From Camelus ferus (lineage: Eukaryota), in contig NC_045697.1 in NCBI RefSeq assembly GCF_009834535.1, forward strand, positions 104,472,001 to 104,536,000: a stretch of DNA of 64,000 bases, read 5' to 3'. Position 1 is the stretch's first letter. Every line of letters starts with the position of its first letter. The position numbers and the translations under genes are program-made. Below the pieces are notes generated by a model. It worked only from the letters and a program-made list of their open reading frames with translations. It had not been told where the DNA came from and did not search any database. Positions 13,597 to 25,784 of this stretch are shown piece by piece.

Positions 13597-14779
13597 AAAT
13601 TTTACAAATGCTTCCATTCACTTAGTATACATTCTGAATCCACATGGTGCTTATTAATCTTCTAACTAGAAATGAGCCACTGAATTAATTACTGATCAGC
13701 TGGGCAGGCGGATCCCCAAGACAAGAAGGGATCCGTTGTAAAATTTTTAAATAAAAAGAGCCCCAGTGCTTATTTTTTTGGTGACAACAAGTAAAGAGGG
13801 AGACGAGGAGACAGCATGTTGCTCAGCAGCCAGTCCTGGGAGAAAAAGAACCAAGGAATAAAGCAATCCAAATCTCTAGGGCTTTCAGAATGAAAAAAAA
13901 TATGAGTGAGACATGGGACTGAAATTTAGCGGCTAAGACATAACCCATCAGGCTTAACTGGCAGGAAGCCCAGCAGCGAGGTTCCTTCTTCGGAACTAAA
14001 CATCTGCCTGCCTTCACAGCTCCACAACATGCTAAACTGTGAGCAAAACGTTGCAGCATTCCACAAAGATCAAGGATACGTGACACTTAGAAAATTCAGT
14101 TGTGTGTGTAAATATTTACCTAGCTACTTCCTTGGGGTCTACAAACCTGTTTCATCTTATTGGCAGGGAGCTCCATCATTTTAGCCAGCCACTCACAATA
14201 TTTTACTAGAAGTATGGGGAGGTGGGGAAGAGGCATAACTTGAAGTAACTGGGAAAATATATTGCAGGTTTTGAGTAGTAATCCCACCAATGCTTCTAAA
14301 ACCAGGGGGAGTAGGGAGGGGCACTCTGAAATAGCAAGTCCATGTCAGAGAAATTAACATTCTGATGATCCACCGGACTTCCAGCTCCTGCCACTTTCCT
14401 TACTCAAAATTGAAGCTTCTTAACCCATTTTCAGGCTGAACCCTTTCCCAGAATCTGGATTCAATAGAACCACTAATCAAAAGAAACTGAAGGAGATCCA
14501 GCTGAGCATCTCAAGTAGACATGCCTGCTAGGTAATCTCATTTCTAGACCTGCCCTGGCTTGTCGTTCCAGTCGTATTAACGTACCTTCACCTCGCTCTT
14601 GTGGACTGCTCCCTCCTTGTGTTTTATTGTGGACCTACTGTGCATCCACCCAAGAGCTAGACGCAGGAGTCCAACACTCCCCTCAGGTGGCCGACAGTCC
14701 ACTTCCTCCAGGAAAATACTCTAAACTTCCTTTCCAGGTAAGTGGGAGAACATAGGCTCTGGCCTCAGTGGAAATTAAA

Positions 14780-16082
14780 AACTCAATCATTTAATAATTG
14801 GATGATAAGGCTGAAGAACTCTCTAGAAAGTGGAGCTAAATGAAAGAAAGACAATAAGACAATACAAGGGGAAAAGATAAGAAAAGTGGAGCATTGGTTC
14901 TAAAAATCTAGTATCTGAATACCAAGTTTCTTGAAAAAGAGGACCAACAAAAAGGTGGGGGGTAGGAAATCATCAATTGAAAAATTCAAGAGAACTTCCT
15001 AGAACTGAAGCACATGGAGGGATGACTGAGTGCCCAGCATGATGGGTGAAAATGAAGCCACATCTGGTATATCACTGAGAAGTTTTAGAACCCTGGGTGT
15101 AAAGAGAAGGGCAAACACAATTCCAGAGAAAGAAAAAAAAGCCAAATATGAAGGAATCAAAGTAAAATAGCCTCAAATGACACAGAAGCAAATGAAAGCT
15201 AGAAATTAATGGAGCGATGCCTTCAAAATTCTGAAGGAAAATTCTTTCCAGCCTAAACTTCTGTTAGCAGCCAAGCCATCATTCAAGTGTCAGGACAGAA
15301 TACAAATATTTAAAGATATTCAAAGACTCAAAAATTTTTTTAAAAGTGGTGAAGGCCCTGGGATTCAAACAGTGATGAGTACAATTAATTATAAATAAGC
15401 AAATTTCAAACAAGACAACTCCAGGGAATACAGAAAGTTATGCAAAGAAGGGAAAAAGCTAGTGCATGCACAGAGTTCATCTATGAATGAAGTATAGAGG
15501 TACTAACAGCATAAACCTTTCTATTAACCTAAACAAAAGTATAAAATAACTGTATTGGGAGGTCAGCGGGTCAGGAAGAAGATATGTGAGTCGTGTGTGT
15601 GTGTGAAGGAAGGGGAGGAAAGGAACGAGAGCTAAAATCCTCACCTTCTAATGTGAAAAATCAATAGATTATGTCTAAAACTGGAGAGAAAAAATCAAGG
15701 AGTAGAACTAGTAGCATATTATTCAGAAATATGGCAGGAAATGTCAAGAATCAGCTATGGGTTATCAGTGTTTGCTTCTGGAAAGGGGGAAGTGGAGGGT
15801 GAGAGAACAAGGAAATCATTTTTCTTTTTTTTTTTTTTAACCAATCTTTTTTTAATAACCTTTTTTTTTTTTACTTTATTATATTTGGGGGGGGTAATTA
15901 GGTTATTTATTCATTTCTTAATGGAGGTACTGGGGATTGAACCCAGCATCTCATGCACGCTAAGCATGCACTGTACCGCTGAGCTATGCTCTCCACCAAG
16001 GAAATTGTTTTTCATTACTAATTTTGTAGGCCTTTTTGATTCTTAAAAATTATGAGTGATTATAATGTTGATTAAAATAAAC
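14780..16082 (+). mobile_element. HAL1/old L1 ORF1-type element (interrupted by a SINE)
   Basis: ORF1-like motifs aaaattcaagagaacttcctagaactgaag and gaagctagaa..tggagcgatgccttcaaaattctgaaggaaaat, followed by a non-ORF2 3' region. Confidence 0.65.
15817..15996 (-). mobile_element. Camelid tRNA-derived SINE
   Basis: Antisense SINE head with a long poly-T; TSD caaggaaat at 15808-15816 and 15997-16005. Confidence 0.9.
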
Positions 16083-16119
16083 GTGCAAGATGTTGAGGCC
16101 CTGCCCAGCTAAGGAAAGA

Positions 16120-16310
16120 GATAGAACAGCTTCTGACATTAGATCACCTTGATTTGCATCCTGGTTCTGCCCCTGACTAATGATGTGACCATGGGCATTT
16201 TAACCCCTATAAACCTCAGTTTCCTCAACTTAAAATGCAGCTTATAAAAACATTTACATCAGAGTGTTGCTGTGAAGTCTAAGTGATTAGCAGTGCCTGA
16301 CACATTATGA
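16120..16310 (+). mobile_element. MIR SINE
   Basis: atcctggttctgcc..tgtgaccatgggca..taacccc..cctcagtttcctca. Confidence 0.75.
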
Positions 16311-16329
16311 GGCTCTGTTTTTCATGAGC

Positions 16330-17070
16330 ACGTATTTAGAGTGGCTGCTGAGTAAGGCAACTAGCCCCAGCTGTAGGCATTTGGGACATGTCAGTGAGTG
16401 TAAAAGATCTCTACCCTCATGGAGCTTACTAGAATTAGTGGGAGAGATAGACAAACAATAAAATAATAATAAATGATACAGTGTATTAAAAAGTGACCAA
16501 GTGACATGTGCTATGGAATGAAATAGAGCAAGGAAAGGGACATCCACTGGAAAGTGGGGAGGTGCTTGCAATTTTCATTAAGTCGGTCAAGGATGACCTC
16601 ATGAGAAGGTGACTTTTGAGCAAAGACTTGAAGGAGTGGGGAAGCTAACTATTCACATATTGGGGGGAAAGCACTTGAGGGCAGAGGAAGAGTCAGCTCT
16701 GCAGTGGGCAAGTGCATGGCCAGTCAGGGAAAGAGCAAGAGCGCCCCTGCAGATGGGCCAGTGAGGGAAGAGTAGCCGGAGATGAGGTCAAAGGGACCAG
16801 AGTGATTGTGGAGAGCACTGAAGGCAGGAGCAAGACCGTGGCTTTCCTTAGAGTGAAACGGGGACCCACTGCAGGGACTCAAGCAGGGTGAAAGGATCTG
16901 ATTCATCCTGTAAAAGAATGACTCTAGCTCCTCTGTTAGGAATAGAGAAAGCCTGGTGGGCTCTTCATTGGAAGCAGGGAGACCAGTTGGAGGTGCCTGC
17001 CAAGTTCCAGAAAGAGACAGTCGTGGCTCAGACCAGCAAAGCTGGAGAGAAGTGATTGGATTCTCTCTAC
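16330..17070 (-). mobile_element. L2 LINE 3' part
   Basis: ccctcatggagcttac..gggagagatagacaaacaa..gaaggtgacttttgagcaaagacttgaagga. Confidence 0.8.
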
Positions 17071-18617
17071 TGAGTAACTTTCACTATTATCATTTACCCA
17101 AGATGATGCAAATAAGTTAATAGCAGAAGTATGAAGCTATAGCTATAGCTCCCAGTCTTTTTCTGAATAAAGAGAAACTACAAATGGAAAATCTAAATGG
17201 AAATACAGTGTTGATTTTGTCCTTATGTAGATTAATAAAAATCTGTAAAAGTTGGGTTCCTTCTCAATCATAAAATCTCTGTTATTCCATAAGTCTTGAC
17301 ATTTGTATGCAATTAATGGATCTGGGATTTACACCAAGGGGCAGTAACAATTGTACACATGACACTATGTCCATTTCTTTTACTGTGCACTATACCTTAT
17401 ACAGTAAATATAATTTAGGTGTTGCTTTAGGTAAAGATTTATTCATTCATCAAATAATGATAAATAAGTCATGGACTATACCCTTGGCATGCTTACCAGT
17501 GTAGTGAGAGTGAGTAGGTGAACATGAAAGAATTTAAACTCACATAAGAAGAGGTCAATGCCAGAAAACTAGTGGAAGTTAATTGCTCTAGGGAGTTCCA
17601 GGACAGCAGCTATTCCTTTCAGCTCGGGGAGGTCAGGAGGTGGTGTCTGAAAGGCTCCCTGGAGGAGGTGACATCCATGGGACTGTTTGTGTTTGGATGT
17701 TTCAGGATGGGACAGAAGGGCTGGATATTCCTGGAAATGAAAAAAAATTAAGGAAACTAGGTAGAACATTTCAATGTATATAAGAGGAACAATAATTTTT
17801 GAAGAGTCACTGGAGCATAGGGCATGGGAAGTGGAATAATGGAAATATGAGAAATAGGGTGAAGAATATCATATTAAGGAGAATTATAACATTGCCAGGT
17901 AAAGGACTCTGGGTAAAGATGATCATAAGAAGAAAAGAAATAAACACTGATGAGAATCCTATTGTCAGGGAAGGGTTCTAACACACTAAGCCAAGACATT
18001 GAACACTGGTCTGGCTGTGAGTTTCCCAAGTGTCAGATTTACTGTCCCAAGACAAGAATATGGGCAGGAACTTTGGGCTTAAATGAAAACTACCAGCCAA
18101 AAAAGTTGTTTCCTATTTTCATTTTTTCTTTTAAGATATTTTAAAATCTTTAGACATTTATTTCTCTGTTGCTTTGCTTTCTTTCCAAAGTCAAGGAAGA
18201 AATGTTAGCAATCCTTTCCCTCATCTCCTGCATCTCTCCTTGCCCCAGCTTTAGGAAAACAACACTATCAGCAAATCAAATGACCAGCCTTGTGCTTTGT
18301 GTTTTTATTGCAAGTCACTGGGGTCAAAACCAAGACCAAACCAGGACCCCCATAAATCATAACAAAGAATCTTTTTGCTACACGTAGTGAAATACGCCTG
18401 TAGCCAGCCTTTCACATGTCGGTAAACATAACTTCTGCAATTTGATTAAACAGTTCTGTTGTGTTCCACTGATCTCTTGAATGCCCTAATAAGTAGAAAT
18501 GTAGCACCCACTCAGCAGGCCCTGAGATTATCTGTAACCCCGCTTATCTGGAGAGCTCTCAATTTGATAGTGGAATTTTGCAGTCTTAAGCAAAGTCCTG
18601 CAATCCCCATTTCTGCC

Positions 18618-18795
18618 AATAATAACAATAGCTAACATTTATTGAGAACACCCCTTGTGCCTGGCATGTGCAACCTCATTTAATCTTCATAGCAACTCGG
18701 TGAGGTAGGTACAATTATTTTGTCCATTTACAAATGAAGAAACCAAGGCACAGAGCAGTCAGGTAATTTGTCGTGGATCATAGAGCTAGAAAGAA
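18618..18795 (-). mobile_element. MIR SINE
   Basis: aatagctaacatttattgag..catttaatcttcatagcaac..ccatttacaaatgaagaaaccaaggcacagag. Confidence 0.85.
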
Positions 18796-20028
18796 ATTAA
18801 TGAGTGAACAACACTTTTCTCTTCCTTCTCCAGCAGCTTTCACCCGACTCTTCCCTTTTCCGTCAGGGTGCTCTCCTGAATCTGGAAATGAAGTCCTCAG
18901 ACTACACCTCAGTTTCTTTCCATGAAGAAACTTCTATTTGTCTCCTAACCTGGGCACTTGCCAAAGCATCTTGTCCTCTGCAGCTTGCAGACTCTTTTAG
19001 TTTAAAAAAAGGCTCTGACTTAACCTTACCCTCTTACCACCCATTACTCTGTTATCTTATCACAACTTTCACAATTTTATCTTGAGTGGGTTTTTTTTTC
19101 CACTGCATTTCATCATTTTCAAATGTCAGATTAATTTGTCACCATGTGTACCCTTCTGAAGACCTTAACATCATGGTTCATTAAGACCATGCTGGAACCC
19201 AACCACCCAATCCAGACAAAAACTGAGAATTTAAATGTCCTTACGGGAATGGGAAAGAAAAACAGGACTGTGGTCCAGCTGCTTTTACATCTGTGTATTT
19301 CTTTGCTTGTTGACTTTGAAATGCTGAAACAATCCCACGTGGAAAAGATCCATCATTTTGTTGTTTATGCATCTAAGTACACAAACATATGCTCACGAAT
19401 TCCTGGAGAATCTGGTTTACAATGCCAAGGTAATTCAACCAATGTGATCAGAGGCCTTCAATTAATTTTATAGAAATTTACAAGAACAGGTATATTGCCC
19501 TTGTACTGAAATAAATTACATCATTTTAATTGGATCTAGGAAATTTTGGTCCAAATAACCCATACTCTCCTAGACATGTAAAGAATTTTTTTAAATTTGC
19601 ACTTAATTATTTTTATAGAAGAGAACTAAAGAACATTAAGCTCTATTTATATTTCTCTAGTTTTCTTTCAATTTTCATCATTGTGCATTCACAAGTACAT
19701 TTTTATGTCATTGTATCATGCATGCATTGCTTTGTATTCTGCTTTTTCTTCACTTTGTTTAATATTCCTTTGTACCTACATAGACCCCATACTTGCCTTT
19801 TTTGTGTCATAAAATAATTATGTGGTGCTCCTTTATCATACTATTGCTGTTAATCTTTTTTTCTTTTTTTGGCTTTTGGCTTTTGGCTTTGCGTCCTACT
19901 TTAAACTGAGCTATTTTTAATATTGTCATGTAATCTACATTTTTCTCTTTAGGGATACCTCCATAGAACACTACTGTCAACTAAACTTTAGCTTTATCTA
20001 AACCCTTTGTTTACCCAAATTTTAATTT

Positions 20029-20031
<3 letters not shown>

Positions 20032-20080
<49 letters not shown>

Positions 20081-20082
20081 TA
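20032..20082. repeat. (CA)n microsatellite
   Basis: About 20 perfect CA units. Confidence 0.95.
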
Positions 20083-21234
20083 CAATTCATGAGCAGTAGC
20101 AAAGGAAAATCCCTAAACCCTAACCTTCCCCACCCATTTTTCTCCCTAGCGCCTGGTCTGAACATCACTGCCATAGGTCGAGTCCCGTAAGTAGAACCAC
20201 CATATCAAAATGAAGGAACAGTGTTAAAGCTTTTTTTTTTAATTATGCCAGACTACTATCCAAAAGGACTAGAGCAATTTACAGTGCTGCCAGCTCTTTA
20301 TAACTGTGCCTTCCCCAAAAGCTATCAACCGCCATTGGTTTTTTGCTATAATTATTGACATAAGATCTTTAAATAGGTATACAATGATACCTAAACACCG
20401 TTCCATACTCTCAATTTCGAGCAAAACATCTTCTCACATACGTGCTGATTTTCTACCTTTCTTGTGAGTACACATACTCTTCTCAACTCTGTATTGAATT
20501 GGCCTTTAGTACTGGTGTGACACGTTTATGTAAATTCATGTAGCACCTTTACAACTTTCATTCTGTATATTTTTCTTATACATAGCATATATTTTTTGTT
20601 ACAAAATTTATCTATTATTTTGTTATTCTGTTGTTTTCTTTGAAATTTTGTCCTCTTATTTTTATTAGAAATTTTTTAGCTTTATGTATTTAAATCCCCT
20701 TGTCTGAGGTCCAGCCTCAGAGATGAAAGCAGAGGCTGGGAGAGGTCACCACAGCCAACAGGGTTGCTCATGGGGCAGTTCTCATTCAGGCTCCTGGGGC
20801 AACAGCAAAAGAGAGCAGGCAGCCAGCCACACACACAGCCCAAGATGAGAGAGTCTGAGAAGACAACTGAAGTGGCCAGTCAGGGTGCACACTGGACAGG
20901 CTGGATCAACTGAAGTCAGAGAGCTATGGAGGATTCAGACGTGGACCCAACTGAGAGCAGTCTGGGCGAGTTTGAAATGAACTGCACTGTCACTAGTTCT
21001 TAATTCTATGTGGGGGGATGTGTGGATTGCCAGGAAAAAAAAAAGCTTGTAATAAGTCAGAAAAAAGGAAGAACCATATCAAGACCTTCCATCTTATCTA
21101 TGATGATAGCCTTGTTTCTTCAATAGCTAGGAATTTATTTTCCAATTATAAATTTCCTATCTTGTTCCAAAAGGTAGTAGGAAAAGCTTACACAGGAATA
21201 CATACAATAAAATGATGTCAAAAAAGAAATAGAA

Positions 21235-22452
21235 AAACATAGGCAAAACATTCTCTGACATAAATCTTAGCAATGCTCTCATAGGGCAGTCTACCTAGGC
21301 AATAGAAATAAGAGCAAACATAAACAAATGGGACCTAATTAAACTTACCAGCTTTTGCACAGCAAAGGAAACCATAAATAAAACAAAAAGACAACCTACG
21401 GAATGGGAGAAAATTTTTGCAAATGATGTAGCTGACAAAGGCTTACTTTCCAGAATAAATAAACAGCTCACACAATGCAATAATAAAAAAAAAAAAACCC
21501 AATCCAAAAATGGGCAGAAGTCCTAAACAAGCAATTCACCAATGACGATATACAAATAGGCAAAAGGCACATGAAAAAATGCTCAATATCACTAATTATC
21601 AGAGAAATGCAAATTAAAACTACAATGAGGTATCACCTCACATCAGTCAGAATGACCATCATTCGAAAGTCCACTAACAATAAATGTTGGAGAGGGCGTG
21701 GAGAAAAGGGAACCCTCCTACACTGCTGGTGGGAATGTACTTTGGTGCAGCCATTATGGAAAACAGTATGGAGATTCCTCAAAAAACTAAAAATAGACTT
21801 ACCATATGATCCAGCAATCCCACTTCCGTGTATGTAGCCAGAGGGAACTCTAGTTCAAAAAGATACATGCACATCAATGCTCACAGCAGCACTATTTACA
21901 ATAATCAAGACATGGAAGCAACCTAAGTGTCCATCAACAGATGACTAGATAAAGAAGTTGTGGTATATTTATACAATGGAACACTACTCAGCAATAAAAA
22001 ATAACATAATGCCATTTGCAGCAACATAGATGGAAGTAGAGATCATCATTCTAAGTGAAGTAAGCCAGAAAGAGAAAGAAAAATACCATATGACATCACT
22101 TATTATGTGGAATCTAAAAAAAAACAAAAAAAGGACACTATAAACTCATCTACAAAACAGAAACAGACTCTTAGACATAGGAAACAATCCCATGGCTACA
22201 GGGGAAAGAGGGTGGGAAGGGATAAATTTGGGAGTTTAAGATTTGCAAATGTTAGCCACTTTATATAAAAATGGATTTTAAAAAGTTTCTTCTGTATAGC
22301 ACAAGGAACTATACTCAACATCTTGTAATAACCTTTAATGAAAAAGAATATGAAAACAAATATATGTATGTATATGCATGACTAGGACATTGTGCTGTAC
22401 ACCAGAAACTGACACGTAGCTGACTGTACTTCAATTAAAAAAAATTTTTTTT
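21235..22452 (+). mobile_element. 5'-truncated lineage-specific L1 (ORF2 C-terminus and 3' UTR)
   Basis: [33 protein letters not shown]; imperfect TSD aaagaaatagaa (21223) / aaagaaacagaa (22453). Confidence 0.95.
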
Positions 22453-23181
22453 AAAGAAACAGAACCAGGAAATTAGGCCAAGGAGAAATAGAATGCAAAG
22501 ATCAGGTTTAAAAATAAAAAAAAGAACAACTAAAAGGAGTTAGGGTAAGTATCTGGTGTCCTTTCTGCTTGTCCGTGCCTTACTTGTTGGTAAATCTGGT
22601 GTTTCTTATGTAATCTGTGGTGCATTTGTCAATAATTCAGCTCTTCTTTATCCCAATTACCAGTTGTCCTGCTACATATAGTGATTAGTGATTCCATTCT
22701 CTATTGTTCAAGTGTCTCTGACCTGCCATCTTTCATTCTCTTAAAGTAGTTTGTGAATTCTTCTGAAATGTCAATGTAATTATGTTTTCCCTTTTTAATC
22801 CAATCCATAAAGTTGTTTTTATAATAAGCTTTATGCTTAGAGCAGTTTTAGATGTACAGAAAATTACAAAGATGGTATAGAATTCCCACTGTGTATTCCC
22901 CTGTTACTAATACAGTACATCAGTAGGCTACATTTGTTACAATTAATAAACCCAAAACAATTCATTATTATCAACCAAAGTCCATACTTTGTTTAGAGCT
23001 AAGTTTTATGCCATGTCCCTTTTAACTGTTCCAAGATCCCACCCAGGGTACCAGGTTACATTTAGCCATCAGGTTTCCTTAGGCTCCTCTTTGACTGTAA
23101 CAATTTTTCAGGCTTACCTTGTTTTTGGAAACCTTAATACTTTTAAGAAATATTGGTCAGGTATTTTGAAAAATACTTCCT

Positions 23182-23552
23182 TGCTATGGACTGACTTGTA
23201 TCTTCCCAAAATTCATGTGTTGAAGCTCTAACCCTCAATTGTGACTGTATTTGGAGATAGGATCTGCAAGGGGGTGACAAAAGCTAAATGAGGTCCTAAG
23301 GGTAGAGTCCTAATCCAATTGGGCTAATAATCTTATGTAAAGAGGAAGAGACACCAGAGCTCTCTCTCCACTGTGTGAGGACAAAGCAATAATGTGCCAT
23401 CTGCAAACCGGGAAGAGAGCCCTCCCAAAACCTGACCACACTGGCACCCTGATCTCAGGCTTCCAACCTCCAGAACTGTAAGAAAATAAATTTCCATGTT
23501 TCAGCCACCCAGTCTATGTTATTTTGTTATGGCAGCCCAAGCTGACTAATAT
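23182..23552 (+). mobile_element. MLT1A-like solo LTR
   Basis: tgctatggactga..aaattcatgtgttgaag..AATAAAtttc..ttgttatggcagcccaagctgactaata. Confidence 0.9.
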
Positions 23553-23677
23553 ATCCCTTCATTGGGATTTGTCTGATTTTTTTTTCTCATATTACACTGG
23601 TATTTGGGGTTTGGGAGAACAAGACCACAGAAGTAAAGTGCCATTTTCACTACATCATATCAAGAGTACATACTATC

Positions 23678-23970
23678 TCACAGATATAGAAAACGAATTA
23701 GTGGGTACCAAAGGGAAAAGGGTGGAAGGGAGGATAAATTGGGAGTTTAGGATTAACAGATATACACAACTATATAAAAGACAGATAAACAGCAAGTACC
23801 TACTGTATAGCACAGGGAACTATATTCAATATCTTATAACAGCCTATGATGGAAAAAGGTTATGGAAAAGAATATGTATAATATACATATATCACTTTGC
23901 TACACACCTGAAATTAACACTGTAAATCGACTATACTTCAATGTAAATAAAGGTTTTTTTAAAAAAAAAA
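23678..23970 (+). mobile_element. Short lineage-specific L1 3' end
   Basis: ggataaattgggagttt..ctactgtatagcacagggaactatattcaatatctt and poly-A; imperfect TSD agtacatactatc / tgtatatactatc. Confidence 0.9.
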
Positions 23971-25784
23971 AAGTGTATATACTATCAACATGACATCAGT
24001 GGTGATACTGACCTTGATTACCTGGATGAGGCAGTGTTTGTCAGGTTTCTCCACAGTAAAGTTATCATTTTTTCTCCCTTTGAATACTGTACTTTTAGGG
24101 AGGAAGTCTTTGGGCACAGCCCACACTTAAGGAGGGAGGATTTAGATTCCACCTCTTTGAAGGTAAAGTATCTACATAAATGATCTGGAATTCTTCCACA
24201 TGAGATATTTGTTTCTTTATCCCCATTTATGTATTTATTCAATTATTTATTTATATCAACATAAGAAGCAGAGAAAGGGGGTCTGCGGGGAGAAGGAGAA
24301 ATGCCTTTCCCCCAGGTGGGATAAGGCTCTAGTAAATCTTTCCCTTGTCATGGAGTGTATGTATTTTCATATATAAAAATAAGTAATAGCTAAATAGTAA
24401 TTGGTGTGCAATACTTTAGGAGCTTTCTTATATTCTGAAAATTTGGTAAATTCATTTGTTGACTTCTAATCAGTTATTTCCATAACTTCTTTGACTTTTC
24501 TAATTTATATATATGTATCTTCACAAGAAAATTACTCCTAAAATAGTTTCCTCTTTATTTTATGTCTGATTTTGTTTTTCTCTCAAAGAGTTATTGCCAG
24601 CATTTCAAGCGTTATGGTAAATTGCATCAGTGACAAGCGCATATACTCATCTAACTCCTGGTCCAAGGAAACAACTTCAGTGTGTCTAGAGTAGATGTAA
24701 TATTTATTCATTCTAAATGCATACTATTAAAAAACCATTTTAATTATCTTAAATACATTTTAAATAAATAAAATTTAAAATTTTAATAATTTAGTTACCT
24801 ATTATGTAACTTAATCAAGACAAGGTGGCAAATCTCTTTTACTGAATACCTTCCTGAAATCAATTGAACTTACATTGTTGCCTTTTGTTTTTTGTCTTGT
24901 TTATCCAGTAAGTGGTATCTTTGTGACATAGACTCCTCACCTTGTTGCAATACCTCTATTTGACTACAGTATAATATTCATTTGCCATACAACTATATTT
25001 TGTTTGCCAAGTTTCCTATAGTTTACCTTTAATACTTGCCTGTTTATTTTTTCTTTTATAATCTGATAGCGTTCTTATATTCAAACTCAAAACTATATCT
25101 GCCCTATTAAATAAATCAGGTAACATATTTTAGAAAAGTGTATCTTCCTAAGAACACATTTTTGGAAATTTTGGAAATTTGGAATTTCACAGTTTCATAA
25201 CATTGGGGAACAAATATCAATTTTCAAATCATATAGTAACCTTTTCTATTTCTTCCTCTCTTAATAGTCAATTTACACTCTTTCTTGTGCTTATTTGAGT
25301 TTTACCATTTTTATAAGTAATCATTTAATTTGATCATCAAAAGTATTAATATAAACTGGGAATAATAATATAGAAATTATTTAAAACATGCTGTCAATGA
25401 TCTTTTGCATTCTGATTTTAACTAATATTTACTCTTTTCTTATCAATTAGAACAAGTCTTTTAAATAAATCATGTGAGTAGTTTACTGAACTTCTTTTTT
25501 GAAGAACTTTGATCTTAAATGTTGTTTTATTAATTTTTTATTTTATTGATTTCAAGCCCTTAGTTTTATTTCAGCATCTCCTTTTGCAATTACATGGAGC
25601 TTTATAGATCATATTTTAAGGATAGCCTATGCCATTTCTATGAGAAGAAAGCCAAACAGCATCTAATATGCTCTGTATGGTTCGCCTTTTTTCCTGTAAG
25701 GGTCTACAAGTTCATCATATTATGTGAAACTGAATTTACCCAGGGTGGAGAAAAAGATACCTACACATGAACAAACAACTGTCA

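Larger units (their letters stand above)
22820..24262 (-). mobile_element. L1MC-type 3' UTR, interrupted by an MLT1 LTR and an L1 tail
   Basis: agcagttttagat..catttgttacaatt..tggtcaggtattttg | cattgggatttgtctgat..accacagaagtaaagtgccatttt | tggtgatactgaccttgattacctgg. Confidence 0.8.
19650..25620 (-). mobile_element. Very old antisense L1M, fragmented; host to several younger insertions
   Basis: T-rich degraded antisense ORF2-like blocks at about 19.65-20.7, 22.55-22.8 and 24.35-25.6 kb. Confidence 0.45.
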
